From NCBI GenBank assembly GCA_020536535.1, contig JAHLWZ010000187.1:186001-250000 (forward strand): DNA of 64,000 bases, in the 5' to 3' direction. Position numbers and translations under genes: made by a program. The notes under the pieces are model-generated. The model worked only from the letters and a program-made list of their open reading frames with translations. It had not been told where the DNA came from and made no database searches. Position 1 is the stretch's first letter. Each line of letters opens with the position of its first letter. Of the stretch, positions 38,544 through 50,900 are shown piece by piece. The DNA is from Pelomyxa schiedti (lineage: Eukaryota; Protista; Evosea).

Positions 38544-38686
38544 CTCGTGTTGTCTTTGGGTTTTTGTAGTATTATGCGAATAAAAAACCAAATAATAAAG
38601 GCGAAGCAGAAATTGGCAGGAGCGCAGGGAATTGCTGCCAAACCACACTTTTAAACACGGGTAGTTTTATACACAAAGTTTTGGGG

Positions 38687-39133
38687 TCAGTCGTCCTCCC
38701 TGCGTACAGATGATTTAGATTTGGTTCTATCGTCCCTGACCATATCCAATGATCCCTCGAGTTCCACGACGAGTTTCCTTTCCGGAGTCTTGGCGGGGAG
38801 TACGTAGTGGTTGTCACTACAAGTGCGCGTTAGGGATCGAAGGGAAACGTGATTATGGGTTGGCAGAGTGGAGGCCTTCACCACGAAAAAAAAACAAAAT
38901 GGCGATCAACACACAAGCGCGTACCAATGGGGACAGAACTCGTCGGTCTCGTCGAAGTCTCTCACGTCTTTTCGAAACACCTTCCTGCACTTTTTGCACG
39001 CCAGAACGATCTCGAAGGACTTCATCAAAGGGTGGTCGGGCGACTGCTCATTGTGGCACTCAGGGCAATCGAACCATTTTTTGCAGCACGCCGCCCTCAC
39101 CGACACCTGCGCGTTCAGAATGTGTTTGCACAT
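38687..39133 (-). CDS. CHY-type zinc finger protein
   Basis: MCKHILNAQVSVRAACCKKWFDCPECH..DH..ACKKCRKVFRKD..EFCPH|CDNHYVLPAKTP; one intron. Confidence 0.88.
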
Positions 39134-39499
39134 CAATTCAATTTCCGAAAACCGCCTCAGATCTGATACACCGAGCCATACAAAATCCAACCTCACATGC
39201 TCTGCCCTGCACAAAGTACCGTGACGCTAACGGCGTTTCACCTTGCAGACATTCTCTCAAAAAAAAGGGAAGAAAAGTTTTTTAATTCTACAACTTGGGA
39301 CCAAAAAGAAAAATCATAGCACAAGGCAAAGTTTGGTGACAATTTAATGCAAGCAGCACATCAAGTAGAGGAAAGGCACAGGAGATAAAAGAGCACCACC
39401 TATTCACAAACAGTCTACAGTGCCCAGTGCTATGGTGATGCAATGCTGATATCTCAATGCTGATCCAATGATTTTTCAATCAAATTTCACTCCTTGTGA

Positions 39500-40115
39500 C
39501 ACCACAACAGCCAAAAAAGGTACCACAGTTTTTTTTTTTGCCTTAACTGTTTATGCTCATTTCTCTTCTGAAAGTCATCTGCAAATCTCTGACTGCTGCA
39601 AAAACTGGAAACATGGAAACTCAAAAAATTGAAATGACAAAAACCAAGAAATGGAGTTATTTGACCCCCAACAATGGTAATAGTCACAAATGGTTCAGAG
39701 CACCTGTGGATTCTGCTCTGGTGCAGGCATTTCTTTGATCTATACATCCACAGTCACCATTGTCCCAAAATATGACATTGGCTCCATGATGTCAACAACA
39801 TCTTCTTCATTGGTACACAATTGATGCAAAAGACCAAAGTTCAAGGTTGGAAACTTGTTACATGAACAGTAATGAAATGAGATCCTTACCTATTGGTGAC
39901 AGACACAACAACATCATCCACACCAGAGAAAAGCACCATCCACATTGGGCAATCTTCCAACACATTCTAGAAGCAGATCTCCACCACTGGTGACAATGTT
40001 TTTTAAAGAGGAATTAAAAACAGTGGGGCCTGGAAAATTGTACTTTTTTTTCTGGCACCCATCTGGTTACCACCACTTTTTGGGTTTCCACAGTCCCAGT
40101 GCCTCCTTTTTCACT
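39500..40115 (+). mobile_element. Internally deleted, CpG-decayed relic of the same transposon family as 18170-20350
   Basis: 39519-39620 matches 18697-18893 (direct, with deletions); 40043-40100 is the reverse complement of 18185-18243 (candidate terminal inverted repeat). Confidence 0.65.
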
Positions 40116-40505
40116 GGGAACAAGGGAAACACTGCTGACAGCTGTGTAGTACCTTCTTCCCCTCATTCAACACAATTTTGACACCATCTGGACCTGAATT
40201 TCATTGTTACAGTGCCAAGGTGATTTCCCATGATAATCCTCAACCTGTGTGCAATTACATTTGAGAGCAGCAAACAGGAGACTTTTTTGAACCACTAAAA
40301 AGGTGTTGTGGCGTCCCCTGTTGTTAAGAATTCACCAGCCACCCCATAAATTCGAAGCAAGGATGTAACGCAAATTGTTGAATTACACACATTTGTGACA
40401 GCTTTGTCAAATCAAGTATTTCCCGGCCCTTTTTTTTTTGGAAAAGGAAACAGAACAAGAAGACGAATCTACGAATAAGAAAAAAAAAAAAGCAGGAGGG
40501 GCGGT

Positions 40506-43500
40506 ATGCGGGGAGAGGGGCGTACGTTGTGGCCGTTGCGGGTTCTTGTGTCGTTGTCGGTGGTGTTTTGTTCGTTGTTTGCAGCGAGATCTGTGCAGGC
40601 TGCGAAAGGCGATGAAACTTTCGCCCAGGTAATTATCGTCGTTCGCACAACGGCGTTGTCCTCATTGTCTTTTGTAAGGCATTTGATGCTGCAGTCGTGC
40701 GACTGCGGTCTGATGGGGAGTTGAGTGCCGTTAAACTCGGTGTAAATGCTGTACTGCTTGACTGCATTCCAACTCCGAAAGGGAAATACAGCTATGACTC
40801 GGATTTCAGTAGCACCTCTATGCAAACGAGAGTGGCAAGAGAAAGTGTCCCCTTTGAGGAGAACGACAGCCACAGTCATAGCATTCATAGCTATTCAGAG
40901 GACGACGGCCCAAATGAAAATCTCTATCAGGATGCAACCGATGCATATTTGTTTCCAAGTCGAGAATCCTTGTCAAACTATATAAAAGTGTTTCCCGATG
41001 CTCCGCGGGACAGGCAATACGTGGATACAGAGAATTTACTTGAAGAGATTCTTAGAACTCAGAAAGTGTATATTCCAGCTGGTGTGGGCTCCAATACAAC
41101 AGAAGCATTACGCGAAATTATCTATAAGTAGTTAAACTTCAAGATGTTATTCTTCTGAATGTTAACAGGATTAATGACTACTATGATACATCTATAGACA
41201 TAATTCGTGTGCCATCGAATTCTACAGAGTTGCACCTTCTCACTGATGAAGAGGTTGATGGTAACTTTATTCTTTCAAAATGGGGTCATTATCAATGCCC
41301 TGTAGCAACAGATTCGAGGCTTCTCATAGCCGGAATGGAGAAGGGCCGCAAGCGCTCTGTAGTTTGGCGCCCCTCTTGTAATGTATATGGTGAGAGATTG
41401 TTCCTTGTCTGTCGCCAAAACGGAGAGTTTGGAGCTACAAACTTCTCAAAGTATATAAATGAACTGGTAATGCTATCCAAGCCAGTACAGGTGTGTGCAA
41501 TAGTTTCCTTTTCTTTATTTCACTGCCTACAAGGGGTGTTGTACTTCATATGTACATGGGCAGCTACTGAAATTACTGTTCCCTGGTATATCAGTTGTTT
41601 TGCAGAAAACTAGAGAGCAGTGCCTCAACTACACCCTCTATAATGATACACTTACACTCTCCTATGGAACTCCCGAGGAGGTAAGGTTGTCAATGTAGCA
41701 CACAGTGCATTACAATAGCTGATTAGGTTGCAACCTACTCCCTATTTGGCTTGGAAACGGATAACTATTTCCCCACTGCATCCTTTTTTCGACGAGAAAT
41801 ACTTGAGGAAAATAAGATAAATGACTCTTATACTCCACAAACCCATGAAACTGGGAATGACCAACTCGGAGATCTCTATGATGCCGCCTTGATGAATTTT
41901 GTCAAAACTGGCTACTATAACTTACTCTTTGAGTATTGGGATATGAGCCACTACTTATACTTGGACTGCATCCCACAGGGGGCATATAACATTTGGACTT
42001 ATAGCGGTTCATTCCCCGTCTCGTTTGCATATCGGTAACAAACAATAGAGTGTGAAGGCACCGTCAAACATATTTTGGACACTGGAAAAGTTAAAATCGG
42101 CACTCTTATGTGGGAAGCGATGCCCCTTATACAACAACACGAGGCAGGGTTAGCAGAGGGCCTCCTTGCTACCCTGGAAAAGCAAATTTTCACCTGGTCC
42201 TTTCTCTTTGCACTACTTTTTATATTAATAGCTGCCAGGATTGGGGAGCAATTTGGAATAGAAACGATCGAGTTAGAATATGTACCGTTTCACACCTCGG
42301 ATGAAACTTTTTCCGCTCTCGAATCTGGGGTCATTGATGGTTTTGATTTTGCGATCTTGTTATTTACCTTGACGCAATCCAGTTACATCTATGTTTTTTT
42401 TCTCTGGTGCCTTCTATAGAAAGGACAATGACACACTACGCAGGAATGTTGGTAAACGCCAATAGCTTTTTATGATTTACACTGAGCCTATTGCATAGTA
42501 TTTAGACCTTCGTGTTCTACAGTTGGCGAGCCAATCAACTTTGTAGTAAAAAAAAATTCTGGATTCAAAAGCCTAGATGACTTACGAGCTCATATAGCAG
42601 GCGATGACCACTGCAGGGTTTCGTTTCCACACTTCCCTCAAAAAACGTTTCACACAACAAAAGGTTGCAGTACAAAATGAGGAGCTGGGGTGGATTGTAC
42701 AGTGGCTCCTTCGGGGTTTGAACTACTCACTTATCACTATTAGTAGCACTGTGGATATCTTTGTTGCCATCAACAGTTCGGAACATTGGGCAGCAGGTGT
42801 GCCAACAACGCCATTTGAGGTATGCACCCTCTTTATCACTCCAGACTGAAGTCCTTTTAGGGACATATCGCCGAATTTCAGCAGCTAACCTACTTTGATA
42901 GTAACACAATTATTCCCACAACAGCTTTCTTCAGGCGGGACAAGCAATTCCGTGTGTGAAACGCAAAATTCCACATCCCATAATAAAAACCTAGCCTGTG
43001 GGAACGGAGAACTAGAAAAGCAATATGGGGAACAGTGTGAAATTGGCACATATGGTTGTAATGCCAGCACCTGCAAATGCCAAACAAATTTTGTTGCTGA
43101 CACTTTTGGCTGTAAGGGTATGCTCAGACCTTTATGTTTCTCGAATTGTTATGAACAGGACTTTACAGACCAATCCAAAAAACTTCCTACGTTGACCATT
43201 GCCTTATGCACTATTATTGGGGGTCTTCTGCTCCTCATTTCCGTCTTGCTACTGGTTGTCCTTTTCAAGATGAATAGGAATAATCACTGGCGCAAGTTGA
43301 CTGATACTGGATATGTGCAATTTGATGAAGTGCCTGCATGTGGGGGTCTCAGGTGCGCTTCTTTTCATTGCACTATAAAGTATTGATTAGTTTTCTCACA
43401 GACGATATGCCAACACGTCAAGAGACACGGGAGTGCCATGCATTTTCAGTAAAGCAAAAATCGACTTCGGCACATCAGAATCACTCCTCCAGGTTGAAGC

Positions 43501-45017
43501 AGAAGGGAAAGACTCTGTTTCAGTCACTAACGTGGAAGATGAGCCAATAACTGTGAAAGTTGTTTGCCCTTCCAATGACAAGGTGGAACATAAATATTCG
43601 CTCCGAGTCTTTCCCTTATCAACAACAATTCCTCCGGTTTGCTTACTGTGGAGTATTCACCTTTTTACTATAAATTAGGATTCTTCAGTTGACATCAATC
43701 TTGTACTTATGCCTAAGTGTACATCTGATATTGCATTTGAGCTTGTGTTTGAGATTTCTGGCCTTAAATTTAACTTGGTTCTTCCTGTATCAGCAACCGT
43801 TCAACTCTCTACAAGACTTGATAGTGACGAAATAATGATTGGTATTTTCAAATTTTTATAGACTACTTCCTCACGACACCTCAAGGTGAAAAAATTGGAC
43901 AGGGCGCCTCTGGATGTGTCAGTACCCTCTTTTCAGTTTCTTTTAATATTTACATTTCCTCAGGTCTTCAAGGCCACGTGGCGAGGCTTAGAAGTTGCAG
44001 TGAAGGTGTGAAATGATAGTGTTCCCTACCCTTTCTCAATTTTCTAGACATTTCCTCCATATGTCTACAGCAACGAAGCCTATAGGTCCAATCTTGAGAG
44101 AGAAATAGACCTTTGTGTCCTACTGCGTTCTCCCAACATTGTGTATTTCCCTGGGCCCCTCATCTTCCTTAACTTTTGACTAGAGCTTTTTATGGTTCTT
44201 CGATTTCACCTACTTTGTGTTTTATTGTAATGGTATTTTATTTCCCCTCTTCCTCCCTTCACTCGACACTCTTACCAGGAATACATTCCTTTGGGGAATC
44301 TACAAGATAACCTTAAGAAACATCTTGACTGGGATCTTAAAGTCACCTTTGCAAGAGAAATTGCCCAAGGCATTTTCTTTTTACACAGGTTTTTATTTTT
44401 TTTTTTTGTTTTATATTTGACCCCTTCACAGCAATAAAGTTATACATAGAGACTTAAAGGTAGTTTTTCCCTGTATTCCTTCTTAACTTGGAATAGCCAG
44501 AAAATGTTCTAGTTGTAAGCTTGGTGAAGGAAGCGCCTCACCACGTCAAGCTTAGCGACTTTGGCTCCGCTAGACATGCTTCTTCAGTAGATAACCAACA
44601 GTACACTGGTTGTGTTGGGACACCACTATGTGAGCTTGATACCTCAAATATTTAGTACCTCTAAGCATTTGTAGACACCGCCCCAGAGACTCTCAGTGGG
44701 TCACGATACGCACAGAAAGCCGACGTGTACTCCTTCGGCATTCTTATGTGGACCATCCTAACACAAGAACTGCCGTTCCAAGATATAGAATCTATCTACG
44801 GTATGGCTTCCTTCCCTAATGCAATCAATCAGCAAAGAAAAACCCTTACAACACAAAAGCGGTCATCCAGTATGTTGGTGGTGGTGGCAGACCACACATA
44901 CCCCCATCCTCACCTCCATGGTACGGGGAGCTCATGAGCCATTGCTGGGCACATAATCCTGACGACAGGCCTGAGTCGGCAGAAGCCGTCACTGTTCTTA
45001 CCCAAAACTCCTCTTAA
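40506..45017 (+). CDS. Single-pass receptor kinase (TKL, Entamoeba TMK-like) with tandem solute-binding-protein-like ectodomain and Cys-rich repeat
   Basis: Signal peptide; LLEEILRTQKV and GTVKHILDTGKVKIG module starts; CGNGELE..GEQCE Cys-rich repeat; TM LTIALCTIIGGLLLLISVLLLVVLF; TMK-like juxtamembrane KIDFG..KYSLRVFP; GQGASG, VAVK, HRDLKPEN, DFG, APE, DVYSFG, CW..PDDRP. Confidence 0.82.
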
Positions 45018-45122
45018 TGTTGTATATCATGTGCCAACAATACCATAAATTAAAGTCATTTTTGGAAGAAACTTAAGAAACAACAAGTTAATTTAAGGGG
45101 GTTGTTTTTTTTACTCTTCTTT

Positions 45123-47684
45123 CTAGTTGGCCAACAAATCCACCTTGGTGAGAGCCAACAAGTCCAAAGCAAGAGTGAGAGGCTCAGCTGACCAGAATGG
45201 GAAAACTTGTACCTTATCGTGTGAGAACAAGCGAAGACCAACAACTACATACATCATTGTAGCTCTGGAATTCCACGGGTGTATTAAAGGCATCTAGGGG
45301 AATTGTTGGGTGAATGAACAATTACAAGCCAAATGTATACCAAAATGAACTTCCTCCACCATTGCCTGGTAGTCAGCGGAGCTAAGTACTCCTTTCATGC
45401 CAATGATCAAATCAGTGGTTACATCGTCAGTGTCGGGGTTTGGTGGCAAGGCAGTACCATTGATGTATTCCAAGTAGTTGGCAGGATAACTAGTGGAGCC
45501 GGGAATTAGGAAGGTTTTTGAAAAAGGATATTACGCGTAAGGCAGAGTGCTCTCTCCTTTGACTGATCCACTGAAGAAAGCATTGTAGTACAAGGCATCT
45601 GAACTCACCGCAGTGCGGTTGACATAGTCTGCAGCTGCTCTTACAATACCTTTTCCTCCCTTTAACAAATAATAAGAGAAAGGAACTGTTGTACTTTTCA
45701 CTGAGGAGGGAGTAGACGATTTCCAGTAGAGTTTGTTGTCAGTGCCTTTATCTGTCCAAATGTTGATTAAGTCAACTATTGCCGCCCCTGTAGTAAAGAG
45801 TCGATCGTCCGGGTGTGGTGAGGGCCTATGACCTGGTCAATAAGTTGTGAGTACCAAACAACTGCACACTCTCCATTCTCGTCTTTATCAGCTGCTCCAA
45901 GCCACTGCTCCCAATATACCTGGTTACCATGTCATAAATAGGGTATAGAAGTTAAAAAAATACATCAGAAGTGTTTGTGGCTGTGGAAATGAGAAATTCT
46001 GTGGCTGCACCCTGAAGGGCTGTTCCTAGTCTTTGCTGAGCATAGCTCTTTCCACTGATTAGTTGATACGGAGAGTAAAACCGAAAGATACCACTTCGGC
46101 AGGCATCTTTGCAAGTACATCGGGGTTAAGCTCACTGAGGAGTCTCTGCGTGCGAGAAACAAACCACAGGAACGCGTATGGATCCGGGTAGTAAAGTAAT
46201 CCAATATCGGGGCGAGTCGAAAACGCTTGTGACTCAATGGTCCACTGCGGATTGAAGTGAGATATGCATTCGAGAGAAGGGGGACACACAGAAATGTAGT
46301 TGGTTGTATTCAAATACAGCTGTTGCAAGTCGGTGGTGAACCAAGAGAAGTCAGGATACAATAGTACAACTTGAGAAGTAAGACCAAACAGGACATTGGC
46401 AGCAACACTTGCATCCACATTGTTGACGTCTATGGCATTTATACTAAGGTTAAATTTGCACAAGAAAAGACAACATACTGAAGGGCATTACGATTCCCTT
46501 ATAGAAATCCACGCGTGACTGGTCGATGTTTGTTATCCAAGTGGCTACCAAAATTAGAAAAAGAAGTAAAAACTGCTTGCCAATACTTGGTAGCATAAAG
46601 GGTTCGTCTTTGGGAAGCTGCTCAAGATACTCATGTGCAAAATAGTATGTCCGAGGATCAATTGTGTTCAGATTAAGATCAGCTGAAAATGGTTGGTAAC
46701 TGTAGGTAACAACATCCTCCCAAAGACTCTCAGGATTGGCGTTGGCATTTGCCCACGTTTTGTATGCCTAACCAAATATACAATGGTCAGTGAAATGTGG
46801 CATTTAACAGTAGGCAATAACATTTGGGAAATCTGCGCTCAAGTAGGTCAGAATGCTCCCAAATCCAACATTTGTATAGGAATCATCAAAATCCGGTGGA
46901 ATGGGGAAAGATTCTTGAAAATTCTCAATCATTCCCAGCATGTACTCGGTAATTGCTTGTAAAAGAGGCAATGCGTCAAGATCCTCCAAAACTTTGAGAA
47001 CCTGCCATGGATTCAGCATTCACAGGCACAAAGATGTTGAATAGAAAGCCTACAAATTCTCCCATAAGGAGCATGTCTTCACACATGCCCTCCACGTTAT
47101 CAGGGTATGCAGACCATGTCCCGTTTTCCTGTTTTTGTGGCCAGAAAGACTGTCTCATTAATGTCGGGGCATTTTTATCCCTAAATGAAGTGAGCACATG
47201 ATACAATTGGGAGGTCCGTAAGACTTGTAGTCAACAATGCCTGTGGTTGCTTCAGACGTAACAGTCGAATCCAGGGTTATGCCACCCAATGCGTGGGCAT
47301 CCAGGAGAGCATTCATCACCCATAGTGTTACAAATTCGTTTATGTCAGGCGTTACAAGTGCATATCTCACGGCAGTCAAACCTTCCAGTTAGTTTTGCGT
47401 CAGTAAAAGCAAATAAGCCTTTGGAAGTTACTGACCTGGTGGACCATGAAAATTAAAAAGAACATCACTCTTAAAAATTCCCTTTTGTTCTGCCCAGGAA
47501 AAAGGTTTCCAAAAAGGCCTTGAAGTGCCTAAGTCAAAGAAAAAACGGTGCACAATATGCACTTGTTTTGGGTCATTTGGTCAGCAACAACTTTTGTATA
47601 CAACGACCGAATTGTGGCTTCGTAGTCACCAGCCACTACGCCAAAAACCAAACAAGCAACAACCAGCAATGACACCCCCCTCAT
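45123..47684 (-). CDS. Uncharacterised secreted protein, multi-exon
   Basis: Signal peptide MRGVSLLVVACLVFGVVAG; coherent coding exons (NEFVTLWV, PPDFDDSY, NNVDASVAANVLFG, LYYPDPYAFLWFVSR); ends FPFWSAEPLTLALDLLAL..AN*. Confidence 0.6.
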
Positions 47685-47915
47685 CGTTCCTGAGAAACTA
47701 GGTCTATTTGTTTAAAAAAAATGAAAACCTACACACATCCCTTACACCAAAAAGGGTGCAGGGGAATACTGCCAAAACTAACATTTAACGAATGATTGTT
47801 GCCAAAAGTCGCAACTTTGATTCTTGGAATCCACCAAGAAAGAGAACAAGGCAATAAATTTCATTGATTGCTGTTTCTCCATAAATACAATTTAGACACT
47901 CCATGTCTGGAGACT

Positions 47916-50900
47916 TCATCCCACCCGCCTTCTTTTGGTTATGGGATTGTTAGAAGAGCCAGGAAGGGGGCCGGTGATTCCTGTGGAATTGTGTTGCTGT
48001 TGTAGTTGTAGTTGCTGTTGGTGGTGGTGCTGCTGTTGCTGTTGTTGTTGCTGTGATAGGTGTTGCGGAATGCCCTGTTGTTGTTGTGATAGTGTTAGTG
48101 TGTGTTGTGAGTGGTGTGAGTGTGTGCTGTGTGATGGAAGCGGTGATGTGCTGTAGGTGAGCGGATGTGATATGGTTACTTGCGGAGGTGCCATTGGCAT
48201 TGAGGGCACTGTGGGGGCAAGCACCGCTGAGCCGCTTGATGACGGCAGGCGCTGCTGGTAGTTGTGAAGTGTTGCGGGGAGTGGTTGAGGCTGCAGGCCA
48301 CGTTCCAAACGTGCTCTGGCTGGGTATGTCATGGTGCATCTCGGTAGGCGCACGGCACCGAGAAGTGTGGGGGATATGGAGTCGGTTCCTTCCTGTAAGC
48401 TCCATTCCGAGATGTCTTTGTTGCTTATTTTGGATTCCATGGAGGCAACATTGGCTGCACTATTGGATGAACTCAGCGGGGGCACCTCATCGACGGAGCA
48501 GCAGTGTGAGTTCCTATGGTTGTAGAAGCATGGCTTATGATAGTACGGGTGTGGGTAAGGGCTTTGATGAGGATGACGATGTGAAAAACACTGAAGTGAG
48601 GTGGATGAACACAGGAAAGGTAACTCTGCCTCAATTCTAGCACGGTGGTAACTATTCAATATGCGAATGTACTTTGAATGCCACTCCTTTGGTATTTTAG
48701 TGAAGAAAAGAAGGAGTTGTTCTAACATTGAGGAGGGTTCTTTTCACTGAAGTTGGGTCCACTCTAGGTTGGGCTGTCCCACACTTGTCAGTGTCAACAT
48801 TCTGGGTTGTTATAACCGTAAGTAGACGCATACACCATGGCACAACATCATCTTTCGTGGCTGTTGCATTGGATAGCTAAAAGAATTTGGAATGCATTTA
48901 GTATCGACCTGAAAAATTTGGGCATACTGGTGAACAAAGGATTGAGAGAACGCAGCTGGCAAATGATCCCAACAATGAAGACATGGGAGTTGCCTGAGCA
49001 GCACTCTCCACAGTGCCACTTCCTGTTTCTCTCAAGGCAGGAATTATTCCCTCAAGAAGTTGAAGTCTAAGGATAATTGATATCTGGGAATTGTTAACAC
49101 TACGAATGCCATGGTAGTGAACCTGAAGTTCATCACTTGTCTGACCGAACTTAGTCAATTCTTGCAGTTGCCTCAGAAGGTTTTGCACGAAAAGGTGACC
49201 AGATTTCTTGGCAGATATTACAATGACAAAAGAAATTAGAGATATGCAACTTGAAATGCACGGAGAGTGCTGGTTGCTGAATTGGTGCCAGAGCTGGAAA
49301 GAGATTGCTTGAGGCAGGGAAGTGTCAACATAAGTACAATCTCGGAAATGGTTGCATCAACGGAATTTAGCCTGTTTGTAGAAGCAGACAAGCGTGATTC
49401 CAGGGAGGGATTGACTTCACCAAGTCTAAGGAAAAATTGAGTTTTGTGCAGGAAATAATACTAGGCTTACGCTCGGATAAAAGAATTAAAGAGTGAGTGA
49501 ATCATTGGCTGTGATGAAAATTGACCAGATAATTGTGAAGATACCTGGGACAGCAATGCAGACTAAAAAGAATGAGGTACAAGGGACAAAAAGTAAAAAC
49601 AGTATTTAAACCTGTGAAGCAGGACCTAAAAGAGTAATGAGTTGCAGCAAATTTGTGCCCATTACTGAATATGGGTAGTTAGGCGGTTGTGTGGCGGCCA
49701 CTACCATCTTTGTTCCCCACCACCACAATTAGACCTGGAATTGGGGGAAAAAGAAGCATACTTGACATAGAACTTGCTCAATAAATTTGCCATTCCCCTT
49801 GGGTTCAGAATCTATGTAATGCCGCATGCAAAGGTAGGCTTTTTTGATCATCCATTTACCTTGAAAGAGACATTACACCACAAGAATCTCCAGAATGTAG
49901 CATCTCAGTTACCAGAATGGGGATTTTCAGTGAGAGATCGAAGTACACTGGTAAGGGGGTGATTTCCTGGATTTGAAGGTTCGAATTCACAAAAACAATG
50001 AACCAAGTTCCACATGACTTCAGGCTGCTTCTGAGTCTTTTCAATTGTTTTAGTGGGACCCGTAGGAAGAAAAGGAACCTTTTTAACGTGCTCGTATAAA
50101 GTCCTGCAGTGAGTGGTAGCTGAGGCAGACAACAAAGGATCAGCAAGAAGTTGTTTCAACGATTCATGTCCTGCAGGATAGATCTGGAACAGAATGTTAA
50201 GTCATGCAAATCAAAGGGGGGTGTATGCTCACTACTGCCAAGTGTTCAAACAACGAAACGAAGTGCTCAACAGTGATTTGGTTCCTGAGAAGTAAACGTT
50301 CCTTAAGGAGTGTAAGATTATGCGTGAAGTGCAGCAGGCAACAACAAACCTGAGCATTGAAAAATGAGATTGGCTCTTCCTCAGAGTGGAACTGCCCAAA
50401 ATATACCTGTACCCATTTACAGAGGTTCTGTAACTTATCAGGATCCTGAGGGAAGTTACGACTTCTAACCAAATTCTAACTTATTGCTTTTGGAGATTAT
50501 AAATATACATTACGAAGAGTATCTTACAGGTCTAAATACACTGAGCAGAGGAAACAGAAAACTCTTTAGAAGATCCTTCACAGAGATAATCCCACTGAGT
50601 AACATTTGTGCAATCAACCAAAAGTGAGTCTCCTCAAGCTTCTCCAGAGCGAATAAAGAACTCAGCAATTTCTTTTTTCCAATGTATTAGTTTAGAATTA
50701 TCATGCCGGCTGGAATTAAGCCCACCTGGCTGATATGTTCAAATTTGCCTCGTGCCACCTCTGTGTGGCTTATAAAGAAGGAAAGATTGCGCAAAATTGT
50801 AACACGCTGAATCCAGGGCTTATATTTCAAATCTTCTAAAACTCTCACAGTGATGTCGTGTATAAAGGAGAAGAGCAAGGTAACATCCACCGCTTGTATT

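Noticed and set aside
38600-38645. Inverted pair ttggcag...ctgccaa upstream of MCM7 as an E2F-like site
   Set aside because: It does not match TTTSSCGC, and a 7-bp inverted match is expected by chance.
18170-40115. One 22-kb composite transposon bounded by the inverted 59-bp ends
   Set aside because: The flanks (tgtcgaac vs gaacaagg/ggaacaag) give no matching target-site duplication, the interior holds ordinary housekeeping genes, and an internal segment is repeated directly. Two independent relics are more parsimonious.
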